Assembly (NCBI RefSeq): GCF_964213995.1
Contig: NW_027590191.1
Coordinates: 1-64,000 of the forward strand
Source: Mustelus asterias
Taxonomy: Eukaryota
Direction: 5' to 3'
DNA: 64,000 nt
Part shown: positions 11,348-23,588 of the stretch, in pieces
Layout of the letters: each line of letters starts with the position of its first letter
How positions within the stretch are numbered: the stretch's first letter is position 1
Notes under the pieces: generated by a model
The model's database searches: none
Told to the model about the DNA's origin: nothing
The model's input: only the letters and a program-made list of their open reading frames with translations
Made by a program: the position numbers and the translations under genes

Positions 11348-11759
11348 AAACACACAATACCCGCCTGCAAATAATCATGCAATACCTGTGCCAGTCTGAA
11401 CAGCAGGGAGAAAAATCATTCCCATTCCACAATCCCGTCAATTACCCACAGCAATTCATACTGACATTGCCCTGCTGTTTCCTCCGAAAATAATGAGTAC
11501 TCTACCTGCAACTGCATTGAATTTCACTGCAGCTCACCACATTCAAACAGCAATGTTAGCATCGACCTGTTACAAACTCTGTTGTGGTCAATCTACTGAA
11601 CAGCATCAGCTGTTCACCCTCTATTTTCGTCGCATTGGAAGCCAGTGTGAAAATGTGAACAATTTCTAACCTTAACAGACAGGAAGGAGAGTGTGACTGT
11701 GGATAATTGGCACTGTGCACATTGCTGTAATCAGTACCTGGGAGAATCGGGCAGGTGGG

Positions 11760-11830
11760 ATCCTGGTCATCGAGTGGTGAGGGGTCGGCGTTTTCAGGGT
11801 CGCAGACTGGCTTCGATGTACTAAGATTTA
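11760..11830 (+). pseudogene. tRNA-Glu highly degenerate pseudogene (inverted paralog of 16752-16823)
   Basis: TCCTGGTCATCGAGTGGTGAGGGGTCGGCGTTTTCA...TTCGAT; sits at the matching position of an inverted duplication. Confidence 0.6.
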
Positions 11831-12889
11831 ATGGTTTTGATTTTTAAAAAACTTGAAGTACTTCCTGATCGATAGCAGCTCTGTCAGAATCAGTGGAGTG
11901 AGATTTGTAGTTGGCTTGCGAGCTGGAAATGTCACATGTGCAACAGGTAAAGGACAAACACAGATAGTGAAGGACAGTGATAGATTGTAAGGTTCTGCCG
12001 ATAGAGATCGTGATACAACGTAACGTCTGGGTGCTAATGGGCCAGATTTACCCGTTTACACTGACAAAAATATCACGCATTTCTGGATACAAATTCCCAG
12101 GCGAAGAAGAAAACTTCTCACCGAATGAACATTAAACTCTTTCACCTTTATTGATTGCAGTTTTCATTCCTTCACTGAGATCAACAAAGCGGGATGGAGA
12201 AAGATTCAGTTTGATTGGTGACGCTGCCGGAGGGATGGAGAGCTGGAGTTCACCCAGGAAAGCAGCAAAGATTAAACACGATGGAGTCTAACGTGGGGCT
12301 GCAATCAACGATTCTGAAATTACATCTGACATGCTGCGACTAAGCTAACCGTCCTCCTGCTGTAGCGATGCTTGCACCCTTTCTTAACATACGTGAAGCC
12401 AAACGCTGTTTCCATCTGGTGCCTCAGCTTGTTCTGAATTCAAAGTTTACAGTTAACCGATCAATAAAATCCCCACCGTTACAATGCATTCCTCTCAGTC
12501 AGCAGTAACATCATTCCCATCTTCTATTTATTTGCTGCACCTCCTTCCAAACATTACAAACTCCTCTTACATCTTTCACTCTGATCTTTTCTCTGAAACA
12601 TTTCATGATTAAACTTTTGAACTATTGTGGAAAATTTTGTGACGCTAAAAAGCTGTTCATTTCCAAGGGGGAGCTAAAGCACATTGACGCACACAGAGAA
12701 ACCCAGACACATACACGCACCCAGCGTGACAGAGGCCGAAGGAGAGACAACACACTGAAAACACAACCTGGTTCCGTCTCTGTTCCATTTCTGACTGCAG
12801 GTTCCGTGATGCTTTTGTGAATGAACGGAAATGTGAAACCGCCCGATTGTTTGGGTGGATTTGATTCAATTCGCTCTGTGGACACAGAG

Positions 12890-12967
12890 TTAAAACCAGG
12901 AATAATCAGAAGCGGGAAATCCCAATGGATTCAAACTCCATCACGTTAACCAGCCAGCCACGATGAC
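12890..12967 (-). pseudogene. tRNA-Ser degenerate pseudogene
   Basis: CCCAATGGATTCAAACTCCATCAC.TTAACCA...GCCACGA matches the tRNA-Ser reverse complement. Confidence 0.7.
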
Positions 12968-13342
12968 TGGCGCTCTGAGCTATGAAGCCAACCGCATGCC
13001 CATTTTAACAGTTACTCTTCTATAATCAGTGGAACGAGCATCAGAGCGAAGATTTTGTGGGTAATATTTGATTCATAGGAAATGTCTGAAATGGACAATA
13101 CGAAGTTCAAAGATGTTAATGGAAATCGGCAGAATTTGAAATGTGTCAGTTACTTTCAGTGATCACTGTCTGCCGTGTGTTTGCCGTGTGATTCTTCGTC
13201 AGAGCTTATTGCTGATGTTATATGTCTGACTTTTCCAACTCTAGTGCAAGTTCATCTAGCTGGAAGATTAATCTTGCTTCGCCCTTCTCAGATGCTGTGA
13301 GGTGTGTTTGCATTCAATGAAGAATTATAGAAAGTTATTCAG

Positions 13343-13406
13343 TTCTTGGGTGGAAATCAAACTCGAACCACCGTACTGAATCCTGACCACGAAACTTCCA
13401 GTGAAG
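13343..13406 (-). pseudogene. tRNA-Glu-like remnant
   Basis: GGAAATCAAACTCG...CTGAATCCTGACCAC resembles the reverse complement of tRNA-Glu. Confidence 0.45.
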
Positions 13407-13597
13407 CTGATTTAAGAGATTTGCAATTAGTTGATCATCATCGCTTTAGTCATTGCTTCATTTCAGGCCACTTTCGCCTGAGACACATTCACTCAATCAT
13501 GATATCAATTTATGATTCCAGTAAAACGCACCTCTTTCCTTGTGTTCAGATCCAATTATCCCCATAAACGGAGCAAATTCAAGATGTTCTACTTAGT

Positions 13598-13666
13598 TAT
13601 CGATTGTTATAAACCCCGGGCCCTGGCGGTGAAAACACTGATTCGGCACCAATAGATCACCCGGAC
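13598..13666 (-). pseudogene. tRNA-Glu(TTC)-like remnant
   Basis: AACCCCGGGCCCTGGCGGTGAAAAC.CTGA....CACCAATAGATCACC. Confidence 0.55.
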
Positions 13667-13882
13667 TCCACCATCACCAGCTCAATGTTGCACTTGTCCA
13701 TCATTCCTTGTGTCAGTGAGTCCATCCTCTCTTGCTCTCTAACACATAGCTTCCGTTTTGTTCCCAGACAGAGCAATTCCCGACTTAAATGCTGCAATAA
13801 CTCAACAGTTCAATTAAAGTTTCGTGAGAAACGAGAATAATTCTGAAATATGAATCAATGAGCAATAACAAGCATTTGGAAA

Positions 13883-13955
13883 TGTTTCTACGCGGTCTTG
13901 AACCAGGAACGTTTCGCGTGTGAAATGAACGTGATAACCACTACACTGCAGAAAC
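13883..13955 (-). pseudogene. tRNA-Val(CAC) degenerate copy
   Basis: TGTTTC...TTTCGCGTGTGA..TGAACGTGATAACCACTACACTGCAGAAAC; anticodon stem mispaired. Confidence 0.85.
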
Positions 13956-14157
13956 ACAGCAGTCCTTGCAGCTGAAGCAGGTTTACTGGAGAAGCAACAA
14001 AACTGCTTCCACAATCCCGTTAGTTTCTCATTTTACATTGCCTCTTCTGGTTCCTCTAATCAAAATGAATGATAATACATTCCACTGCGAAACATTTTGG
14101 CGATCACGTGTTTGACCAACTTTATTCTTAACGTTTAAAGCAAATTAAGTGAGTATC

Positions 14158-14240
14158 TGACGGTGGGGGAATTTGAACCCATTCCTCCACAAATAGCGCT
14201 CTCCTCAATTTAGTGTCCTCGAATTCTCATCAGTGACACC
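14158..14240 (-). pseudogene. tRNA-Leu-like remnant
   Basis: GGGGAATTTGAACCCA..CCTCC resembles the 3' half of tRNA-Leu in reverse complement; rest very decayed. Confidence 0.4.
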
Positions 14241-15057
14241 ATCAGAGGTGATTGCTACCAGAGCTGGTATTGGCAGTGAACAGAACCAATGAGGTGGGAT
14301 TGGATCACATGTCCCGTTGAGTCTCCTCCGCCACTGAAGATCAAGATGGGTCCCCAGCTCAACAACCACCTCATCTCAGGAATCAATTCAATGAAGCTTG
14401 GTTCCACCCAGACATGGAGAGAATAGAATGAATAAAAAAGAACAAAAGAGGGGAATTGGATGGAGAGACTGAGCGAGGGAATAACCGACGCAGATCGACA
14501 AAGAGAAAGATAGAGACGGAGTGGGGAAGACACTGAACGGAAAAAATGCCAATTCCATTTGATTTAAATTAAAGAAAAAGAAAGTTGAAAGCATTGAAAA
14601 CAGCCAATGCTATGGCCGTAAAAATATATTCTGGCAATGGTGCTGAAGAATTCAGATTCAGATCTTACCGCAATCCGAGCGAAGCTGTTCCTACGCTATA
14701 ACACTGCCATCTAACCGCCAATGCTTCAATTTGCCCAAGATTGCCCGGTTTACAAATATCAGGTCAAATCCAACGCCGCAAATTACCATCAGTCTACTCT
14801 TGATCATCAGTAACGTGACGGAAGGGGCAATAAACAATGGTATCAGGAGGAACTCCAATGCAAACTGGAGGAACATCGCCCGATCTCCCGATTCGGCACT
14901 GACTGCGTTCCAGAATTAACACTGAATTCAACAACTTCAGAGCATCTCCTTTCCTCCATCCTCACCCAATTTCCATTTATTTTGTTTTATTTCGTTTTAT
15001 CTTATTTATTTATTTTTATTATTTTATAACTTCTTATATATATCTATATATATATAT

Positions 15058-15750
15058 AATTTCCATGTTTTCCATTGTTTATTTAAAATCTCACTTTCCA
15101 TCTTGTTGCCCCCTCTCCCTCCACCCCACTCGGGCCGTCTCTTACATTTCCTTTGTCCTGCCATTTGCACATTCTGATCTCTTAATGGGCAGCCAGCAGC
15201 ACCCTTCTCAGCCATGATCACCACCATTAAAATTCTCTTTTTCTTAATTTATATGTAACACCTTTGTCACCCACCCCACACCCATATCCCTCACCATTAC
15301 AGTATAAATCTCGTCCAGATTTCTTTGTCTTCAGCTCTGACGGAGGCCATCCAGATTTTGAACGTTCGCTCTATTCTCCCTTCACAGGTGCTTTTAGACC
15401 TGTTGAGATTTTCCAGCATTTTCTGTTCTTGTTTTAGGTTCCAGCATCTACAGTAAGTGTGTTTATATCAAGAGACACTTGTCAGACAGACTTGTCCCTG
15501 GTATACAAAAAAAATGCTAAAATGGAAACAAAGCGCCAAGTTAGCATGGCTCGTTTAGATTAAAACACTTGCAGGCAGTTTCCTTGGTGATCTCGTGGTT
15601 AGCACTTGGCGCTTTCACCGCAGCGGTTCGATTCCTGGCCAGGGAATCAAGATTTCTTGTTTTTTTGCAGCACATGATTTAAGTGGAATTGGAATTACTT
15701 CCTGATCGAAAACAGGAGTGATGTTGGTGCCAGTTTCAACAGTACAGAGA
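15058..15750 (+). repeat. Segmental duplicate, copy 2 (paralog of 18-750)
   Basis: Colinear with the window start over about 700 bp. Confidence 0.9.
15581..15646 (+). pseudogene. tRNA-Glu(TTC) pseudogene
   Basis: TCCTTGGTGATCTCGTGGTTAG...GCTTTCACCGCAGCGGTTCGATTCC..CCAGGGAA; same 6-nt deletion as 572-637. Confidence 0.85.
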
Positions 15751-15857
15751 AAACTCCGTCGCATTCCACAAACCCGTCAATTACCCACAACAATTTGTAT
15801 TTGCATTGCCTCTTTTGGTTCCTCCAGTCAAAATGAATAATGATATATTCAAGTAGA

Positions 15858-16145
15858 ATCCCTATTGTACAGAAGGAGGTCGGTCGGCCCATCGAGTGCG
15901 CACCGACAACAATCCCATCCACGCCCTCTTCCCGGAAACCCACATATTTACCCTGACAATCCCGCTGACAAGCATAGCCAAGCAACCGAAATCACACATG
16001 TTTGGAAAGGAATCCGGAGCACACGGAGGAATCCCACGCAGACACGGAGAGACCGTGCAAACTCCACACAGAGTGCCCAGAGAAATTTAACCTGAGCCAC
16101 TGGCGCTGTGAGGCATCATTGCTAACCACTGTGCCACCGTGCCAT
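15858..16145 (-). mobile_element. HE1-like SINE
   Basis: Ends GCTAACCACTGTGCCACCGTGCC (reverse complement of the tRNA-derived head). Confidence 0.85.
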
Positions 16146-16751
16146 CCTTTCTACTGCATTTAATTTTACTGCAGTGTTAGTACCAACCTGTGATAAACCA
16201 TTTTGTGGTAATTCTGCTGATCAACATTAACTTATCAGCGTTAATGGACGGTGGTTTCCAGCCCCAAGTTGGGGGCCACTGTTTGTACAGAAGGAGGTTT
16301 GTACAGAAGAAGCAACTTTGCTGCTTTTCTCGGTGAACTCCAGCTCTCCATTCCTCCGGCAGCGTCACCGCTCAAACTGAGTCTTTCTCCATCCCGCGCT
16401 GTTAATTTCACAGTTACTGCTTTCTGAGTGAAAACTGCCTCCACTTCACTGGAGGTCGGAGAGTTACAATTAAAGGTCTTCTTGTCACTGAGTCCGAGAT
16501 TTGGACCCAGACCTGCGAGGTATTTGTGTCAGTAGAAACAATAAAATCTACTCCACCAACAGCCAGATTTTAGCCCGCACCACCATCTATATCGTCAGCG
16601 CGTTGTATCCTATTTCTCTCTTTTTTTTTGTTCTTGACATGTGACATTTCCAATTCAGACACAAAAGAGGAAATCTACCTACTATTGATTCCCACAGAAC
16701 TGGTACAAACCTGGAAGTAACGCAGGATTTTTACGCAGCAACAAATCGACT

Positions 16752-16823
16752 TTCCCTGACCGGGAATCGAACCCGGGCCGCGGCGGTGAGAGCGCTGAAT
16801 CCTAACCACTAGACCACCAGGGA
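16752..16823 (-). tRNA. tRNA-Glu-CTC: tRNA-Glu(CTC), near-intact
   Basis: TCCCTGGTGGTCTAGTGGTTAGGATTCAGCGCTCTCACCGCCGCGGCCCGGGTTCGATTCCCGGTCAGGGAA; one G-to-A change gives an A-C mismatch in the anticodon stem. Confidence 0.9.
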
Positions 16824-17469
16824 AGCTGGCTCTACAACTTTAAAAGATTGATTTATCCATGAGCCTTCTGCCTTTTATTTTTATTTCAGACTTTTTATTT
16901 ACCAAAAACAAGTTTCTCCTTTAAATTGTCATGTTTAGATCGAACCCAAAAGGGACTGTTCAGCCAATGAAAAGAGCGAAACCTGTTAGCTGCAACATGA
17001 AATCGACCGTGAGGTGAAATAGTCCCGCAGCTGGTCATGTGGCACTTTCAATTTCCAAAACCCACCAAACTCATCACTGTGGCTTCTGTGAAACTGGCAA
17101 AGTAACACACGGCAGACATTCACCACGGAGAGCAATTGGCAGAACTCATTTATGAAACATTATCCTGTCGCTTCTCTTCCTGTTTCTGTCACTGCCTCTC
17201 ATCCAGCTCCCTCTGGTTGTCCATTTCCCAGGGTCAGTTAGCTGCTTGATACAGACACAGAGAGTTGGTGAACCCGATCTTCACCTGGAAAACAAGGAAA
17301 GCGAATGTATGACACACGGCATTGAGAGGAGATGGAGTTTTGAAATAACAGTACAAAGAGACACAGATATCTCATTTTCCTGATCCAGTTCCTGATTGCA
17401 GGAACGTACACAGTGCCAATTATCAACTGTCACACTCTCCTTCCAGCCATGAGCACGGAGTTAAGTTTT

Positions 17470-17940
17470 GAAGTGTTTGAAGTCTTGCTACAGTTATTCA
17501 GGGTTTGGTTGAGACCACATTTGGAATAGTGTGTTCAGATTGCATCTCCCCATTTTAGACAAAATAAAAGCAAAATCTGAGGATGCTGGAATCTGAATCA
17601 AGAACAGAAAAAGCTGGAAAATCTCAACAGCGTTAACGAGAAAGAATAGATAGCATTGAAAAACTGCAGGGATTCTATCATTCTATGAGTTTGATAGGGT
17701 GGATGCTGAGACATTATTTTCCCTGGTCCGGGAATCTAAAGCACGGGGGTACAATCTCAGGATAAGGCGCTGATGATTTAGGACTGCGATGAGCAGACAT
17801 TTCTTCACTTAAAGGAGCGTGAATTTTGGGAATTCTCTATGCAAGAGGGTTGTAGATGCTCCATCATTGAACACATTTCAGTTCGGGTTGGATAGATTTA
17901 TGATCTATTCAGGAATGAATGGAAGCAGGGATATGGAATT
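17470..17940 (+). mobile_element. Decayed CR1 3' fragments with an inserted Penelope-like remnant
   Basis: GGTTGAGACCACATTTGGAATAG.GTGT; GATAGGGTGGATGCTGAGA...TGGAATTCTCTA. Confidence 0.6.
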
Positions 17941-18189
17941 GGAACAAATGCTCAGCCACAAATTAATGTTTCCATTCTAATTGCTAAGCTTAATGGTATA
18001 ATGAAAGCATGTATATAATATCATATGTAATATGTCTGAAGTCAATAGTCATTAAATAATGTTGGTGACAACAGATAACAGTACAGCTGGTAACACTTGG
18101 GAGCTATTTTTTATTGACGACCACGGACCCATTGCCAACACACAACTGTTTGCCTATGAATGCAGATGGTGAGAAAACAGGAAAATCAC

Positions 18190-18254
18190 CGTCCCTGGGT
18201 GGTCTCAAACCACCAACCTTCTGGTTAACAGCCGAACGATTGCGCCACAGAGAC
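18190..18254 (-). pseudogene. tRNA-Asn(GTT) pseudogene with 9-nt D-arm deletion
   Basis: CGTCCCTGGGTGG...GGTTAACAGCCGAACG[deletion]ATTGCGCCACAGAGAC. Confidence 0.88.
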
Positions 18255-18944
18255 TAAGACAGCAGCTACTGGCGATATTCTAATCGAGGGTGTCAATAAC
18301 CACAATTCTCTTTCTGCAAAACCTGTTCCAGAACTGCAGCATGACCGCACCGTTTCGAATTCTATCCAAGTATCTTTGGTTACGTTGATCCCGCAGCATT
18401 TCTGTAGTGTGTTGGTCATTCTCTTTTTCCTATGAACGTGTAGGTAAAATGAATCCATGTCTCTTATCACAGGGAGGAATTCAACGGGAGGGAAGGGAAC
18501 TGACCACCAGAAGCCCAAGGATCCAATAGTTTCCACTCAATCATCAATAACACCATTCACAGCTGCACCTGCATCCAAATATTGTGACCCATTTCCCTCA
18601 GGATTTGTTCCAAGATTTAATATTTTCCTTGTTTTCTCCTCATTTTGAAATGAGATTCGCTTCAATGTACAACTCAAATGGAATTGGAAACCTGACGGAC
18701 TAATAGTCACTGGGTAGCATAAACCCCATGGTGTTCATTTCCAGATTCACAACACTCAGCTTTTCAATCAAATGGAGGAATCTACTACTGAAACGTTTTG
18801 GAAAGTTGGTATGAATATTGTTTGTGACTCACTCAGATACTGTTTAAATGATACTCGAAGGTTCAGTGCGCTGGATATAATCCATAAACGTTTTGCTGAG
18901 CTTGTGTTCGGTGTATTGCGAGTTTTGAACGGGGTTGAAGACTT

Positions 18945-19100
18945 ACCTGGATAGTCACATGAGCAGCCTGGGAATGGAGGGATACAAACGATTGGTCTAG
19001 TTGGACCAAGGAGCGGCACAGGCTTGGAGGGCCGAATGGCCTCTTTCTGTACTGTAGGGTTTCTATGATTCTATGATACTGTTCTTTGTTCTTTGTTCTT
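18945..19100 (+). mobile_element. CR1 3'-end insertion
   Basis: GGCTTGGAGGGCCGAATGGCCT plus (TTCTTTG)n tail; absent from the inverted paralog at about 31452; TTGAA on both sides. Confidence 0.75.
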
Positions 19101-19359
19101 TGAATCTTGTGTCCCAGGGATGGGCGGTAACCCACTAATTGAAGCGGCAGTCGCCGCTTTTCTGCTGGCAGCGGATGGATGATTGGAGAATGCGGGGTAA
19201 AATGCTGCTGCTTGTCCCTGTCTCACTTACTGTGGAGCTGGTGAAGAGAGAATCATTGATGCGTTTGTTCCCCGTCTATGTTGCCTCGAATGACTGTTGT
19301 TAACGGAGGTGATGCTGTAGAAGTCTTTAATAATCTGACAAAAATCAGCCGAATGCAGT

Positions 19360-19454
19360 GCTCCAGTGGCGCAATCGGTTAGCGCGCGGTACTTATACAG
19401 CAGTACAGCCAGTGGGCGATGTCGAGGTTGTGAGTTCGAGCCTCACCTGGAGCA
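19360..19454 (+). tRNA. tRNA-Ile-TAT: tRNA-Ile(TAT) with 21-nt intron (19398-19418)
   Basis: GCTCCAGTGGCGCAATCGGTTAGCGCGCGGTACTTATA-intron-ATGTCGAGGTTGTGAGTTCGAGCCTCACCTGGAGCA matches vertebrate intron-containing Ile-TAT. Confidence 0.93.
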
Positions 19455-20249
19455 CGTGAGGTGGTGTTGGTGCTACTATCGCTCGACCAGCTACCATTTT
19501 GGGGACGGTTACGGTCGGTAGTGGAATTTGAATTCAATCAATAAAACCTCACATTGATGACCATGAAACAATTTCCGACTGTTGGAGGAACCCATACTCA
19601 TGTATTTTAGGAAGGAAATCTGCTGTTCTTGCCTGGCCTACTTGTGAATCCAGAGCCACAGCAATTTGCTTGCAACTCAACTAGGGATGGGCATTAAATG
19701 CTGGCCAGCGACGCCAGTGTTTCACGAATGACCAAAAGAAAAAGCCCGAATGTGCAGATTTGAGAGAAGCTTTCTGAACTGACAGAGCTGGAAACGGGAG
19801 CCAGTTAAAGATATTCAGTCGGGTTTGAGTGTGTACAGAAATGTGGAGGGGAAGGCGAAATGTAACATCGTGTAAGTTACTGTATTGAGCTAATATTCAG
19901 CAATAAACGTGAATTATTTCTATTTTCCTCACTCCGAGGTGAAACGTATCTACAAATGTTTCCTCCCGTTTTCGAATCGGGAATCTTTCGTGTGTTTAGT
20001 TGAATGTGATAAGTTGAACGTGCAGTTTAATTGTACTTCAGGGTTTCTGAAGTGTGGTGTTTTATACATTCACCTAACATACGAAAGGTTTCCTGTGTGA
20101 AATAGGAAACGAACTAACTCATCTCTCAGTGTGAGGAAACGTTACCTCATTTTCTTTTGTTATTAAATATTGAAAGAAAAAATTATCTCTCTGCCGAACT
20201 GCAGTTGCACTTCCCAAGTGTGAAATTATATTCTGCAAAATGCTCAGTT

Positions 20250-20520
20250 AAAATAAAGTTTATTTATTAGTCACATGTAAGGCTTACTTTAACACTGTAA
20301 CGAAGACACTGTCAAATTCTCTGGTCGCCAAACTCCGGCGCCTGTTCGGGTCAATGCACCGAACCAGCACGTCTTTCAGGCTGTGAGAAGAAACCGGAGG
20401 ATCCAAAGGAAACTCATGCAAACACGGGGAGAAAGTGCAAACGTCAAATAGACAGAGACCCAAACCGGGAATCGATCTTTAGCACTGTGAGATGGCAGTG
20501 TTAACTACTGTGCCACAGTG
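20250..20520 (-). mobile_element. tRNA-derived shark SINE (variant tail)
   Basis: AAAGTTTATTTATTAGTCACA...GGCGCCTGTTCGGGT...TAACTACTGTGCCAC; same family as 44747-45050. Confidence 0.8.
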
Positions 20521-21911
20521 CAACCACCCTCCCCCCTACCGCCCCCACACCCCCGCTACCGGCCCTACCGCTCCCCTCCCCCTCCCCCCACCCCCCCGGC
20601 CACCCAGACATGGTAAAAGAGAAAAGATGGAACAAACGTCATTTACTGATTCTAATGTTTCATGTCTGCCGCATGAAAAGGGTTTTTTAGCCGAAATGTA
20701 CTTCCACAAATCAGGTTATAAAGTTAAATCAGACTGTACTGTTGGACCATCTCGTCGCTTTTATCCTGAGCGGACTTTGTGTACTGAAGGGATAATCACA
20801 TTCTATTCATATTTGCGCAGGTCCCAGGCGCTAAACGGGGCGGAAATGTTGTCAAAACTCACTGCTCTGAAGTTTCCGAATTGAAGTTTATTGTGAAATG
20901 TGAACTGAATTAGGTATCAATCGAAATATTTAATATTTACTCTTCACCATTTCATAGAAAACAGACACAGCTAAATCGCCAGTCCTTTTTGCTGGCAGGG
21001 GATGTTTGGAGAGTGGGGGCTGGAAGATTGCTGCTTCTCCCTGTCTCACTCACCGTGTAACGGAAAAATAGAGAATAATTAATGAGTTTGTTAGAATGGA
21101 ATAATTGAATGGATTTCTAATGGGTTAGTTAAGTCTAACAGTCAGAGCCCATCCATTGCAGACACATCCATGTCACCGGGAATCAACTCTCCTACAACTG
21201 TCAGACAGTTCACCCTTCAATCTCCTTCAATCTCCTCTGGTTCCGGTTCCCAAAGAGTTTCTAAAGATTCGCAAAGCTTGAGAGTGTTTTCTGGTTTGAT
21301 TCCTTCTCCATTTTCCCCACCTGCCAACTGACAATATTTTCCAAAATCTCCGCTCAATCATTCGCCTTGCATCATGTCCAGGGATGAGGAAATTCAGTTT
21401 TGTGGTGAGGTAATAGAGACCGGGACTGTACTCTTGAGAGCAACGTTAGTGAGATAGAGATTTCATGGAGCTGCAGGGAGAATTGGATGATTTGGAGAAC
21501 TCCTCCAAGGAGACAAAGATACGCGGAATGACCTCATTCGCTAATCAAAGATTCTATGATTCTCGTTGTTTCATGTCGCAGTCGCTTTATTTATTGTTAG
21601 ACACCTGAACAATGAGCAGGCGCAGGATGATCAGAGACTTCTGTCGAGTCAACTGGCGCTCTTTCCGGCCCAACAGTTCCGAGTGCAGCTGAAAGTCAAC
21701 GCGCGCTTCACTCAATATTGAGTCTGCGGTATCCCCACCCACAGCTTCCGTTTGCTGCTCTCACTCTGAACCGATTGTGTGATTGGACAGATTGCTGGCG
21801 TTGCGCCATTCCTCTCATTGGTTGGATAAGCAGTGCAATGGGACGGGGATCTGTACTTCTGTCTCTGACAGAGGATTTCTCTCACTGCTGAGTTACAGAC
21901 TGAGGAGGATC

Positions 21912-22422
21912 ATGGATAACTGACTCACTAAGACCCTCATCGTTATCTCACTCCTCAGTAAGGTTTTTTTCCTTCCCAGTAAAACTACATGCTCCTGCTG
22001 ACAGCTGAAACCCAGATGATATTGTTGCTAAAACATCAGTGATGGTGGAGATTATAATTGTATCGCTTAACATGAGGCTGACTCTGAATGTCATTATTGT
22101 TGTTATTTCTGTTAGAATGGAGCCATCAAGACAAAGTGGAACAACTGGGTCCTGAAATATCGGTTAAAGAGGAAAGTAATGTGACACGAACCTGTACGTT
22201 GGAAACTAGTCATTCTAATCCTTATGTATACTGTTATAGTCAGATTGCCTGGAAAGCGGCAGTGTACATGTTTCAGTTTATTGGAGCGCATGTGCAAAGG
22301 AACTCCGACCTCAATGATCGGGTTGCGTCTAAATTTGAATAAAAACCGAACAATACTAGCGAGCTAACGTTCATTAACACACTGATTTTCGACAGCGCCG
22401 TGTATTTCTGTGCCATGGAGCC
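21912..22422 (+). pseudogene. T-cell receptor alpha/delta V pseudogene V3 (leader 21912-21957, V exon 22116-22422)
   Basis: Leader MDN*LTKTLIVISLL with GTAAGG donor; V exon QDKVEQ...TC...YVYCYSQ (Trp lost), TAA at 22340, DSAVYFCAMEP. Confidence 0.9.
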
Positions 22423-22462
22423 CACACTGCTGCAGAGATATATCGAATGCGGTACAAAAACC
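22423..22462 (+). other. RSS of V3 (24-nt spacer)
   Basis: CACACTG, 24 nt, ACAAAAACC. Confidence 0.85.
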
Positions 22463-22644
22463 CCACACTGGCAGTTCCAGTCAGTAGCCAGCAGGGTGCG
22501 CTCACACACGCGCGGCAAATACAGTTTCCACAGAGTGACGGAGTTTCCTAACATTGCAGCAAAAAAACACTCAAAACATCTACTGGTGTGTCCAGTTGCA
22601 CAGTTACATTAATTGATGCACGTTACTTATGGTTGTAGAATCAT

Positions 22645-22800
22645 GAAATCATAAAATCCCTGCAGTGCAGACGGAGACCATTCAACCCATCGAGTCTGCG
22701 CCGACCACAATCCAACCCACGCCCTATTCCCGTAACCCCACATGTTTACCTTGATAATCCCTCTTCCACTCGGGTTAATTCAGCATGGCCAATCAACCTA
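22645..22800 (-). mobile_element. HE1-like SINE 3' part
   Basis: CCCTGCAGTGCAG..GAG.CCATTC..CCCATCGAGTCTGC...CATGGCCAATCAACCTA. Confidence 0.75.
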
Positions 22801-23588
22801 ATTGATATAAGATTGATCAATCGATCTGAGATACATTAAGTGGTTTTCCGCCTTTCTCTGCCTATTTGCTACTGACTGATTTATGAAAACTATGCCCATT
22901 TCCATTTCCCAGTCTTTAACGTAAACATTTAATGCTTTTTCTGTTACCTTGGAGATTCATTCAAACCTCTCCAATCTGGCTGCTCGGCTACTCGGTCCAG
23001 CTTTCCATCCACATCACTGATGAAGATTTCGCTTTGTATTGAATCATTTACTAACCCTGACACTCCTGGTGCTGGTCTGCAGTATGGAATTAATATTCGG
23101 CTGCCGCTCCTTCAGAGAGGCAAAGTTATAGAATTTCCAAAGTGACATTGGTATTGAGTTCAGCTCTTTGCAGATAAACCCTACCTGTGACCACACTACC
23201 GATGTTAATCCCTCACCCACAGCTTTCCTGTGCTCTACTAACTCTGATCAGTTTCAGCTGTGCTGTTTTGTTAGAGACGTTATTGTAGATACTGATGGTT
23301 GCTGCTTTTTCCTGTTTGGCACTGTTTGCATCAGCAGCCCAATGGGGTGGCAAGCTATACTTCCACTCTGAAAGAGGATTTCACATACCGCAAAGTAACA
23401 AATTCAGGGAACATCATGGAAATATCTCAGACCATTCATTATTCTATCATTTCTTATCAAGTAGATGCTCCAACTACAAAAGGGTCATCCTCCCCCCACC
23501 ACACCTGCTGTCCCAAACATGATTAATAACAAACTGCTTCTCATGTTGCTGTAAGGATGGATATTGTCATTCTCCATGTCAGAACAGA

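Larger units (their letters stand above)
7400..11350. repeat. Tandem array of about 1.1-1.5 kb units, each carrying three tRNA-Gln copies (-,+,-); three units plus a partial fourth
   Basis: Flanking blocks repeat, e.g. CTAAAGCCG.TGA.TGGTTTGC at about 7846, 9252 and 10573 and TCAGCAAATTCCA at about 7926, 9331 and 10652. Confidence 0.88.
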
